NCBI RefSeq assembly: GCF_009914755.1
Contig: NC_060926.1
DNA length: 64,000 nucleotides
Source of the DNA: the human T2T-CHM13v2.0 reference genome, Homo sapiens
Direction: 5' to 3' (one strand)
Shown: positions 26,101 through 38,800 of the stretch, piece after piece
How the letters are laid out: each line of letters starts with the position of its first letter
How positions within the stretch are numbered: position 1 is the stretch's first letter
The notes under the pieces: model-generated
What the model was told of the DNA's origin: nothing
Databases searched by the model: none
The model's input: only the letters and a program-made list of their open reading frames with translations
Position numbers and translations under genes: made by a program

Positions 26101-29100
26101 AGACAGCAGCATTCCCAGAATCTTCTTTGTGATGTTTGCATTCAAGTCACAGAGTTGAACATTCCCTTTCATAGAGCAGGTTTGAAACACTCTTTTTGTA
26201 GTATCTGGATGTGGACATTTGGAGCGCTTTCAGGCCTATGGTGAAAAAGGAAATATCTTCCCCTGAAAACTAGACAGAAGCATTCTCAGAATCTTATTTG
26301 TGATGTGCGCCCTCAACTAACAGTGTTCAAGCTTTCTTTTGATAGAGCAGTTTTGAAACACTCTTTTTGTAATATCTGCAAGAGGATATTTGGATAGCTT
26401 TGAGGATTTCGTTGGAAACGGGTTTGTCTTCATATAAATTCTAGACAGAAGCATTCTCAGAAGCTTCATTGGGATGTTTCAATTGAAGTCACAGTGTTGA
26501 ACAGTTCCTTTCATAGAACAGGTTTGAAACACTCTTTTTGTAGTATCTGGAAGTGGACATTTGGAGCGCTCTCAGGACTATGGTGAAAAAGGAAATATCT
26601 TCCAATAAAAGCTACATAGAAGCAATGTCAGAAACTTTTTCATGATGTATCTACTCAGCTAACAGAGTTGAACCTTTCCTTTGAGAGAGCAGTTTTGAAA
26701 CACTCTTTTTGTGGAATCTGCAAGTGGATATTTGTCTAGCTTTGAGGATTTCGTTGGAAACGGGATTACATATAAAAAGCAGACAGCAGCATTCCAAGTA
26801 ACTTCTTTGTGATGTTTGCATTCAAGTCACAGAGTTGAATATTCCCTTTCATAGAGCAGGTTTGAAACACTCTTTTTGTAGTATCTGGATGTGGACATTT
26901 GGAGCGCTTTCAGGCCTATGGTGAAAAAGGAAATATCTTCCCCTGAAAACTAGACAGAAGCATTCTCAGAAACTTATTTGTGATGTGCGCCCTCAACTAA
27001 CAGTGTTGAACCTTTCTTTTGATAGAGCAGTTTTGAAACACTCTTTTTGTAATATCTGCAAGAGGATATTTGGATAGCTTTGAGGATTTCGTTGGAAACG
27101 GGATTACATATAAAAAGCAGACAGCAGCATTCCCAGAAACTTCTTTGTGATGTTTGCATTCAAGTCACAGAGTTGAACATTCCCTTTCATAGAGCAGGTT
27201 TGAAACACTCTTTTTGTAGTATCTGGATGTGGACATTTGCAGCGCTTTCAGGCCTAAGGTGAAAAAGGAAATATCTTCCCCTGAAAACTAGACAGAAGCA
27301 TTCTCAGAAACTTATTTGTGATGTGCGCCCTCAACTAACAGTGTTGAACCTTTCTTTTGATAGAGCAGTTTTGAAACACTCTTTTTGTAATATCTGCAAG
27401 AGGATATTTGGATAGCTTTGAGGATTTCGTTGGAAACGGGATTGTCTTCATATAAACTCTAGACAGAAGCATTCTCAGAAGCTTCATTGGGATGTTTCAA
27501 TTGAAGTCACAGTGTTGAACAGTCCCTTTCATAGAGCAGGTTTGAAACACTCTTTTTGTAGTATCTGGATGTGGACATTTGGAGCGCTTTCAGGCCTATG
27601 GTTTAACAGGAAATATCTTCCCCTGAAAACTAGACAGAAGCATTCTCAGAAACTTATTTGTGATGTGCGCCCTCAACTAACAGTGTTGATGCATTCTTTT
27701 GATAGAGCAGTTTTGAAACACTCTTTTTGTGGAATCTGCAAGTGGATATTTGTCTAGCTTTGAGGATTTCGTTGGAAACGGGATTACATATAAAAAGCAG
27801 ACAGCAGCATTCCCAGTAACTTCTTTGTGATGTTTGCATTCAAGTCACAGAGTTGAACATTCCCTTTCATAGAGCAGGTTTGAAACACTTTTTTTGTAGT
27901 ATCTGGATGTGGACATTTGGAGCGCTTTCAGGCCTATGGTGAAAAAGGAAATATCTTCCAATAAAAGCTACATAGAAGCAATGTCAGAAACTTTTTCATG
28001 ATGTATCTACTCAGCTAACAGAGTTGAACCTTTCTTTTGAGAGAGCAGTTTTGAAACACTCTTTTTGTAAAATCTGCAAGAGGATATTTGGATAGCTTTG
28101 AGGATTTCGTTGGAAACGGGATTGTCTTCATATAAACTCTAGACAGAAGCATTCTCAGAAGCTTCATTGGGATGTTTCAATTGAAGTCACAGTGTTGAAC
28201 AGTCCCTTTCATAGAGCAGGTTTGAAACACTCTTTTTGTAGTATCTGGATGTGGACATTTGGAGCGCTTTCAGGCCTATGGTTTAAAAGGAAATATCTTC
28301 CCCTGAAAACTAGACAGAAGCATTCTCAGAAACTTATTTGTGATGTGCGCCCTCAACTAACAGTGTTGAAGCATTCTTTTGATAGAGCAGTTTTGAAACA
28401 CTCTTTTTGTGGAATCTGCAAGTGGATATTTGTCTAGCTTTGAGGATTTCGTTGGAAACGGGATTAATTATAAAAAGCAGACAGCAGCATTCCCAGAATC
28501 TTGTTTGTGATGTTTGCATTCAAGTCACAGAGTTGAACATTCCCTTTCAGAGAGCAGGTTTGAAACACTCTTTTTATAGTATCTGGATGTGGACATTTGG
28601 AGCGCTTTCAGGCCTATGATGAAAAAGGAAATATCTTCTCCTGAAAACTAGACAGAAGCATTCTCAGAATCTTATTTGTGATGTGCGCCCTCAACTAACA
28701 GTGTTGAAGCTTTCTTTTGATAGAGCAGTTTTGAAACACTCTTTTCGTAAAATCTGCAAGAGGATATTTGGATAGCTTTGAGGATTTCGTTGGAAACGGG
28801 ATTGTCTTCATATAAACTCTAGACAGAAGCATTCTCAGAAGCTTCATTGGGATGTTTCAATTGAAGTCACAGTGTTGAACAGTCCCTTTCATAGAGCAGG
28901 TTTGAAACACTCTTTTTGTAGTATCTGGAAGTGGACATTTGGAGAGATCTCAGGAATACGGTGATAAAGGTAATATCTTCCAATAAAAGCTAGATAGAAG
29001 CAATGTCAGAAACTTTTTCATGATGTATCTACTCAGCTAACAGAGTTGAACCTTTCTTTTGAGAGAGCAGTTTTGAAACACTCTTTTTGTGGAATCTGCA

Positions 29101-31504
29101 AGTGGATATTTGTCTAGCTTTGAGGATTTCGTTGGAAACGGGATTACATATAAAAAGCAGACAGCAGCATTCCCAGTAACTTCTTTGTGATGTTTGCATT
29201 CAAGTCAGAGAGTTGAACATTCCCTTTCATAGAGCAGGTTTGAAACACTCTTTTTGAAGTATCTGGTTGTGGACATTTGGAGCGCTTTCTGGCCTATGGT
29301 GAAAAAGGAAATATCTTCCCCTGAAAACTAGACAGAAGCATTCTCAGAAACTTATTTGTGATGTGCGCCCTCAACTAACAGTGTTGAACCTTTCTTTTGA
29401 TAGAGCAGTTTTGAAACACTCTTTTTGTAATATCTGCAAGAGGATATTTGGATAGCTTTGAGGATTTCGTTGGAAACGGGATTGTCTTCATATAAACTCT
29501 AGACAGAAGCATTCTCAGAAGCTTCATTGGGATGTTTCAATTGAAGTCACAGTGTTGAACAGTCCCTTTCATAGAGCAGGTTTGAAACACTCTTTTTGTA
29601 GTATCTGGAAGTGGACATTTGGAGCGCTCTCAGGACTACGATGATAAAGGAAATATCTTCCAATAAAAGCTAGATAGAAGCAATGTCAGAAACTTTTTCA
29701 TGATGTATCTACTCAGCTAACAGAGTTGAACCTTTCTTTTGAGAGAGCAGTTTTGAAACACTCTTTTTGTGGAATCTGCAAGTGGATATTTGTCTAGCTT
29801 TGAGGATTTCGTTGGAAACGGGATTACATATAAAAAGCAGACAGCAGCATTCCCAGAATCTTCTTTGTGATGTTTGCATTCAAGTCACAGAGTTGAACAT
29901 TCCCTTTCATAGAGCAGGTTTGAAACACTCTTTTTGTAGTATCTGGATGTGGACATTTGGAGCGCTTTCAGGCCTATGGTGAAAAAGGAAATATCTTCCA
30001 CTGAAAACTAGACAGAAGCATTCTCAGAATCTTATTTGTGATGTGCGCCCTCAACTAACAGTGTTCAAGCTTTCTTTTGATAGAGCAGTTTTGAAACACT
30101 CTTTTTGTAATATCTGCAAGAGGATATTTGGATAGCTTTGAGGATTTCGTTGGAAACGGGATTGTCTTCATATAAACTCTAGACAGAAGCATTCTCAGAA
30201 GCTTCATTGGGATGTTTCAATTGAAGTCACAGTGTTGAACAGTCCCTTTCATAGAGCAGGTTTGAAACACTCTTTTTGTAGTATCTGGAAGTGGACATTT
30301 GGAGAGATCTCAGGAATACGGTGATAAAGGTAATATCTTCCAATAAAAGCTAGATAGAAGCAATGTCAGAAACTTTTTCATGATGTATCTACTCAGCTAA
30401 CAGAGTTGAACCTTTCTTTTGAGAGAGCAGTTTTGAAACACTCTTTTTGTGGAATCTGCAAGTGGATATTTGTCTAGCTTTGAGGATTTCGTTGGAAACG
30501 GGATTACATATAAAAAGCAGACAGCAGCATTCCAAGTAACTTCTTTGTGATGTTTGCATTCAAGTCACAGAGTTGAATATTCCCTTTCATAGAGCAGGTT
30601 TGAAACACTCTTTTTGTAGTATCTGGATGTGGACATTTGGAGCGCTTTCAGGCCTATGGTGAAAAAGGAAATATCTTCCCCTGAAAACTAGACAGAAGCA
30701 TTCTCAGAAACTTATTTGTGATGTGCGCCCTCAACTAACAGTGTTGAACCTTTCTTTTGATAGAGCAGTTTTGAAACACTCTTTTTGTAATATCTGCAAG
30801 AGGATATTTGGATAGCTTTGAGGATTTCGTTGGAAACGGGATTACATATAAAAAGCAGACAGCAGCATTCCCAGAAACTTCTTTGTGATGTTTGCATTCA
30901 AGTCACAGAGTTGAACATTCCCTTTCATAGAGCAGGTTTGAAACACTCTTTTTGTAGTATCTGGATGTGGACATTTGCAGCGCTTTCAGGCCTAAGGTGA
31001 AAAAGGAAATATCTTCCCCTGAAAACTAGACAGAAGCATTCTCAGAAACTTATTTGTGATGTGCGCCCTCAACTAACAGTGTTGAACCTTTCTTTTGATA
31101 GAGCAGTTTTGAAACACTCTTTTTGTAATATCTGCAAGAGGATATTTGGATAGCTTTGAGGATTTCGTTGGAAACGGGATTGTCTTCATATAAACTCTAG
31201 ACAGAAGCATTCTCAGAAGCTTCATTGGGATGTTTCAATTGAAGTCACAGTGTTGAACAGTCCCTTTCATAGAGCAGGTTTGAAACACTCTTTTTGTAGT
31301 ATCTGGATGTGGACATTTGGAGCGCTTTCAGGCCTATGGTTTAACAGGAAATATCTTCCCCTGAAAACTAGACAGAAGCATTCTCAGAAACTTATTTGTG
31401 ATGTGCGCCCTCAACTAACAGTGTTGATGCATTCTTTTGATAGAGCAGTTTTGAAACACTCTTTTTGTGGAATCTGCAAGTGGATATTTGTCTAGCTTTG
31501 AGGA

Positions 31505-32864
31505 TTTCGTTGGAAACGGGATTAATTATAAAAAGCAGACAGCAGCATTCCCAGAATCTTGTTTGTGATGTTTGCATTCAAGTCACAGAGTTGAACATTC
31601 CCTTTCAGAGAGCAGGTTTGAAACACTCTTTTTATAGTATCTGGATGTGGACATTTGGAGCGCTTTCAGGCCTATGATGAAAAAGGAAATATCTTCTCCT
31701 GAAAACTAGACAGAAGCATTCTCAGAATCTTATTTGTGATGTGCGCCCTCAACTAACAGTGTTGAAGCTTTCTTTTGATAGAGCAGTTTTGAAACACTCT
31801 TTTCGTAAAATCTGCAAGAGGATATTTGGATAGCTTTGAGGATTTCGTTGGAAACGGGATTGTCTTCATATAAACTCTAGACAGAAGCATTCTCAGAAGC
31901 TTCATTGGGATGTTTCAATTGAAGTCACAGTGTTGAACAGTCCCTTTCATAGAGCAGGTTTGAAACACTCTTTTTGTAGTATCTGGAAGTGGACATTTGG
32001 AGAGATCTCAGGAATACGGTGATAAAGGTAATATCTTCCAATAAAAGCTAGATAGAAGCAATGTCAGAAACTTTTTCATGATGTATCTACTCAGCTAACA
32101 GAGTTGAACCTTTCTTTTGAGAGAGCAGTTTTGAAACACTCTTTTTGTGGAATCTGCAAGTGGATATTTGTCTAGCTTTGAGGATTTCGTTGGAAACGGG
32201 ATTACATATAAAAAGCAGACAGCAGCATTCCCAGTAACTTCTTTGTGATGTTTGCATTCAAGTCACAGAGTTGAACATTCCCTTTCATAGAGCAGGTTTG
32301 AAACACTTTTTTTGTAGTATCTGGATGTGGACATTTGGAGCGCTTTCAGGCCTATGGTGAAAAAGGAAATATCTTCCAATAAAAGCTACATAGAAGCAAT
32401 GTCAGAAACTTTTTCATGATGTATCTACTCAGCTAACAGAGTTGAACCTTTCTTTTGAGAGAGCAGTTTTGAAACACTCTTTTTGTAAAATCTGCAAGAG
32501 GATATTTGGATAGCTTTGAGGATTTCGTTGGAAACGGGATTGTCTTCATATAAACTCTAGACAGAAGCATTCTCAGAAGCTTCATTGGGATGTTTCAATT
32601 GAAGTCACAGTGTTGAACAGTCCCTTTCATAGAGCAGGTTTGAAACACTCTTTTTGTAGTATCTGGATGTGGACATTTGGAGCGCTTTCAGGCCTATGGT
32701 TTAAAAGGAAATATCTTCCCCTGAAAACTAGACAGAAGCATTCTCAGAAACTTATTTGTGATGTGCGCCCTCAACTAACAGTGTTGAAGCATTCTTTTGA
32801 TAGAGCAGTTTTGAAACACTCTTTTTGTGGAATCTGCAAGTGGATATTTGTCTAGCTTTGAGGA
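31505..32864 (+). repeat. 1360-bp 8-mer variant HOR (C'-D-A-B-C-[B/D]-[A/C]-[D/B]); also at 42723-44082 and 48501-49860
   Basis: Successive C' boxes (GGGATTAATTATAAAAAG) at 31505/32865, 42723/44083 and 48501/49861. Dimer lengths 338+342+338+342. Confidence 0.88.
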
Positions 32865-35800
32865 TTTCGTTGGAAACGGGATTAATTATAAAAAGCAGAC
32901 AGCAGCATTCCCAGAATCTTGTTTGTGATGTTTGCATTCAAGTCACAGAGTTGAACATTCCCTTTCAGAGAGCAGGTTTGAAACACTCTTTTTATAGTAT
33001 CTGGATGTGGACATTTGGAGCGCTTTCAGGCCTATGATGAAAAAGGAAATATCTTCTCCTGAAAACTAGACAGAAGCATTCTCAGAATCTTATTTGTGAT
33101 GTGCGCCCTCAACTAACAGTGTTGAAGCTTTCTTTTGATAGAGCAGTTTTGAAACACTCTTTTCGTAAAATCTGCAAGAGGATATTTGGATAGCTTTGAG
33201 GATTTCGTTGGAAACGGGATTGTCTTCATATAAACTCTAGACAGAAGCATTCTCAGAAGCTTCATTGGGATGTTTCAATTGAAGTCACAGTGTTGAACAG
33301 TCCCTTTCATAGAGCAGGTTTGAAACACTCTTTTTGTAGTATCTGGAAGTGGACATTTGGAGAGATCTCAGGAATACGGTGATAAAGGTAATATCTTCCA
33401 ATAAAAGCTAGATAGAAGCAATGTCAGAAACTTTTTCATGATGTATCTACTCAGCTAACAGAGTTGAACCTTTCTTTTGAGAGAGCAGTTTTGAAACACT
33501 CTTTTTGTGGAATCTGCAAGTGGATATTTGTCTAGCTTTGAGGATTTCGTTGGAAACGGGATTACATATAAAAAGCAGACAGCAGCATTCCCAGTAACTT
33601 CTTTGTGATGTTTGCATTCAAGTCACAGAGTTGAACATTCCCTTTCATAGAGCAGGTTTGAAACACTTTTTTTGTAGTATCTGGATGTGGACATTTGGAG
33701 CGCTTTCAGGCCTATGGTGAAAAAGGAAATATCTTCCAATAAAAGCTACATAGAAGCAATGTCAGAAACTTTTTCATGATGTATCTACTCAGCTAACAGA
33801 GTTGAACCTTTCTTTTGAGAGAGCAGTTTTGAAACACTCTTTTTGTAAAATCTGCAAGAGGATATTTGGATAGCTTTGAGGATTTCGTTGGAAACGGGAT
33901 TGTCTTCATATAAACTCTAGACAGAAGCATTCTCAGAAGCGTCATTGGGATGTTTCAATTGAAGTCACAGTGTTGAACAGTCCCTTTCATAGAGCAGGTT
34001 TGAAACACTCTTTTTGTAGTATCTGGATGTGGACATTTGGAGCGCTTTCAGGCCTATGGTTTAAAAGGAAATATCTTCCCCTGAAAACTAGACAGAAGCA
34101 TTCTCAGAAACTTATTTGTGATGTGCGCCCTCAACTAACAGTGTTGAACCTTTCTTTTGATAGAGCAGTTTTGAAACACTCTTTTTGTAATATCTGCAAG
34201 AGGATATTTGGATAGCTTTGAGGATTTCGTTGGAAACGGGATTACATATAAAAAGCAGACAGCAGCATTCCCAGAAACTTCTTTGTGATGTTTGCATTCA
34301 AGTCACAGAGTTGAACATTCCCTTTCATAGAGCAGGTTTGAAACACTCTTTTTGTAGTATCTGGATGTGGACATTTGCAGCGCTTTCAGGCCTAAGGTGA
34401 AAAAGGAAATATCTTCCCCTGAAAACTAGACAGAAGCATTCTCAGAAACTTACTTGTGATGTGCGCCCTCAACTAACAGTGTTGAACCTTTCTTTTGATA
34501 GAGCAGTTTTGAAACACTCTTTTTGTAATATCTGCAAGAGGATATTTGGATAGCTTTGAGGATTTCGTTGGAAACGGGATTGTCTTCATATAAACTCTAG
34601 ACAGAAGCATTCTCAGAAGCTTCATTGGGATGTTTCAATTGAAGTCACAGTGTTGAACAGTCCCTTTCATAGAGCAGGTTTGAAACACTCTTTTTGTAGT
34701 ATCTGGATGTGGACATTTGGAGCGCTTTCAGGCCTATGGTTTAAAAGGAAATATCTTCCCCTGAAAACTAGACAGAAGCATTCTCAGAAACTTATTTGTG
34801 ATGTGCGCCCTCAACTAACAGTGTTGAAGCATTCTTTTGATAGAGCAGTTTTGAAACACTCTTTTTGTGGAATCTGCAAGTGGATATTTGTCTAGCTTTG
34901 AGGATTTCGTTGGAAACGGGATTAATTATAAAAAGCAGACAGCAGCATTCCCAGAATCTTGTTTGTGATGTTTGCATTCAAGTCACAGAGTTGAACATTC
35001 CCTTTCAGAGAGCAGGTTTGAAACACTCTTTTTATAGTATCTGGATGTGGACATTTGGAGCGCTTTCAGGCCTATGATGAAAAAGGAAATATCTTCTCCT
35101 GAAAACTAGACAGAAGCATTCTCAGAATCTTATTTGTGATGTGCGCCCTCAACTAACAGTGTTGAAGCTTTCTTTTGATAGAGCAGTTTTGAAACACTCT
35201 TTTCGTAAAATCTGCAAGAGGATATTTGGATAGCTTTGAGGATTTCGTTGGAAACGGGATTGTCTTCATATAAACTCTAGACAGAAGCATTCTCAGAAGC
35301 TTCATTGGGATGTTTCAATTGAAGTCACAGTGTTGAACAGTCCCTTTCATAGAGCAGGTTTGAAACACTCTTTTTGTAGTATCTGGAAGTGGACATTTGG
35401 AGAGATCTCAGGAATACGGTGATAAAGGTAATATCTTCCAATAAAAGCTAGATAGAAGCAATGTCAGAAACTTTTTCATGATGTATCTACTCAGCTAACA
35501 GAGTTGAACCTTTCTTTTGAGAGAGCAGTTTTGAAACACTCTTTTTGTGGAATCTGCAAGTGGATATTTGTCTAGCTTTGAGGATTTCGTTGGAAACGGG
35601 ATTACATATAAAAAGCAGACAGCAGCATTCCCAGTAACTTCTTTGTGATGTTTGCATTCAAGTCAGAGAGTTGAACATTCCCTTTCATAGAGCAGGTTTG
35701 AAACACTCTTTTTGAAGTATCTGGTTGTGGACATTTGGAGCGCTTTCTGGCCTATGGTGAAAAAGGAAATATCTTCCCCTGAAAACTAGACAGAAGCATT

Positions 35801-38800
35801 CTCAGAAACTTATTTGTGATGTGCGCCCTCAACTAACAGTGTTGAACCTTTCTTTTGATAGAGCAGTTTTGAAACACTCTTTTTGTAATATCTGCAAGAG
35901 GATATTTGGATAGCTTTGAGGATTTCGTTGGAAACGGGATTGTCTTCATATAAACTCTAGACAGAAGCATTCTCAGAAGCTTCATTGGGATGTTTCAATT
36001 GAAGTCACAGTGTTGAACAGTCCCTTTCATAGAGCAGGTTTGAAACACTCTTTTTGTAGTATCTGGAAGTGGACATTTGGAGCGCTCTCAGGACTACGAT
36101 GATAAAGGAAATATCTTCCAATAAAAGCTAGATAGAAGCAATGTCAGAAACTTTTTCATGATGTATCTACTCAGCTAACAGAGTTGAACCTTTCTTTTGA
36201 GAGAGCAGTTTTGAAACACTCTTTTTGTGGAATCTGCAAGTGGATATTTGTCTAGCTTTGAGGATTTCGTTGGAAACGGGATTACATATAAAAAGCAGAC
36301 AGCAGCATTCCCAGAATCTTCTTTGTGATGTTTGCATTCAAGTCACAGAGTTGAACATTCCCTTTCATAGAGCAGGTTTGAAACACTCTTTTTGTAGTAT
36401 CTGGATGTGGACATTTGGAGCGCTTTCAGGCCTATGGTGAAAAAGGAAATATCTTCCACTGAAAACTAGACAGAAGCATTCTCAGAATCTTATTTGTGAT
36501 GTGCGCCCTCAACTAACAGTGTTCAAGCTTTCTTTTGATAGAGCAGTTTTGAAACACTCTTTTTGTAATATCTGCAAGAGGATATTTGGATAGCTTTGAG
36601 GATTTCGTTGGAAACGGGATTGTCTTCATATAAACTCTAGACAGAAGCATTCTCAGAAGCTTCATTGGGATGTTTCAATTGAAGTCACAGTGTTGAACAG
36701 TCCCTTTCATAGAGCAGGTTTGAAACACTCTTTTTGTAGTATCTGGAAGTGGACATTTGGAGAGATCTCAGGAATACGGTGATAAAGGTAATATCTTCCA
36801 ATAAAAGCTAGATAGAAGCAATGTCAGAAACTTTTTCATGATGTATCTACTCAGCTAACAGAGTTGAACCTTTCTTTTGAGAGAGCAGTTTTGAAACACT
36901 CTTTTTGTGGAATCTGCAAGTGGATATTTGTCTAGCTTTGAGGATTTCGTTGGAAACGGGATTACATATAAAAAGCAGACAGCAGCATTCCCAGTAACTT
37001 CTTTGTGATGTTTGCATTCAAGTCACAGAGTTGAACATTCCCTTTCATAGAGCAGGTTTGAAACACTTTTTTTGTAGTATCTGGATGTGGACATTTGGAG
37101 CGCTTTCAGGCCTATGGTGAAAAAGGAAATATCTTCCAATAAAAGCTACATAGAAGCAATGTCAGAAACTTTTTCATGATGTATCTACTCAGCTAACAGA
37201 GTTGAACCTTTCTTTTGAGAGAGCAGTTTTGAAACACTCTTTTTGTAAAATCTGCAAGAGGATATTTGGATAGCTTTGAGGATTTCGTTGGAAACGGGAT
37301 TGTCTTCATATAAACTCTAGACAGAAGCATTCTCAGAAGCTTCATTGGGATGTTTCAATTGAAGTCACAGTGTTGAACAGTCCCTTTCATAGAGCAGGTT
37401 TGAAACACTCTTTTTGTAGTATCTGGATGTGGACATTTGGAGCGCTTTCAGGCCTATGGTTTAAAAGGAAATATCTTCCCCTGAAAACTAGACAGAAGCA
37501 TTCTCAGAAACTTATTTGTGATGTGCGCCCTCAACTAACAGTGTTGAAGCATTCTTTTGATAGAGCAGTTTTGAAACACTCTTTTTGTGGAATCTGCAAG
37601 TGGATATTTGTCTAGCTTTGAGGATTTCGTTGGAAACGGGATTAATTATAAAAAGCAGACAGCAGCATTCCCAGAATCTTGTTTGTGATGTTTGCATTCA
37701 AGTCACAGAGTTGAACATTCCCTTTCAGAGAGCAGGTTTGAAACACTCTTTTTATAGTATCTGGATGTGGACATTTGGAGCGCTTTCAGGCCTATGATGA
37801 AAAAGGAAATATCTTCTCCTGAAAACTAGACAGAAGCATTCTCAGAATCTTATTTGTGATGTGCGCCCTCAACTAACAGTGTTGAAGCTTTCTTTTGATA
37901 GAGCAGTTTTGAAACACTCTTTTCGTAAAATCTGCAAGAGGATATTTGGATAGCTTTGAGGATTTCGTTGGAAACGGGATTGTCTTCATATAAACTCTAG
38001 ACAGAAGCATTCTCAGAAGCTTCATTGGGATGTTTCAATTGAAGTCACAGTGTTGAACAGTCCCTTTCATAGAGCAGGTTTGAAACACTCTTTTTGTAGT
38101 ATCTGGAAGTGGACATTTGGAGAGATCTCAGGAATACGGTGATAAAGGTAATATCTTCCAATAAAAGCTAGATAGAAGCAATGTCAGAAACTTTTTCATG
38201 ATGTATCTACTCAGCTAACAGAGTTGAACCTTTCTTTTGAGAGAGCAGTTTTGAAACACTCTTTTTGTGGAATCTGCAAGTGGATATTTGTCTAGCTTTG
38301 AGGATTTCGTTGGAAACGGGATTACATATAAAAAGCAGACAGCAGCATTCCCAGTAACTTCTTTGTGATGTTTGCATTCAAGTCACAGAGTTGAACATTC
38401 CCTTTCATAGAGCAGGTTTGAAACACTTTTTTTGTAGTATCTGGATGTGGACATTTGGAGCGCTTTCAGGCCTATGGTGAAAAAGGAAATATCTTCCAAT
38501 AAAAGCTACATAGAAGCAATGTCAGAAACTTTTTCATGATGTATCTACTCAGCTAACAGAGTTGAACCTTTCTTTTGAGAGAGCAGTTTTGAAACACTCT
38601 TTTTGTAAAATCTGCAAGAGGATATTTGGATAGCTTTGAGGATTTCGTTGGAAACGGGATTGTCTTCATATAAACTCTAGACAGAAGCATTCTCAGAAGC
38701 GTCATTGGGATGTTTCAATTGAAGTCACAGTGTTGAACAGTCCCTTTCATAGAGCAGGTTTGAAACACTCTTTTTGTAGTATCTGGATGTGGACATTTGG

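Noticed and set aside
31505-32864. Assignment to a 1.36-kb 8-mer SF2 array such as D18Z1
   Set aside because: The 8-mer here is built from the same four monomer types and their hybrids and is a minority unit. EcoRI sites are rare, and the 680-bp XbaI tetramer is the base unit, which fits D2Z1 better. An HMM search would settle it.
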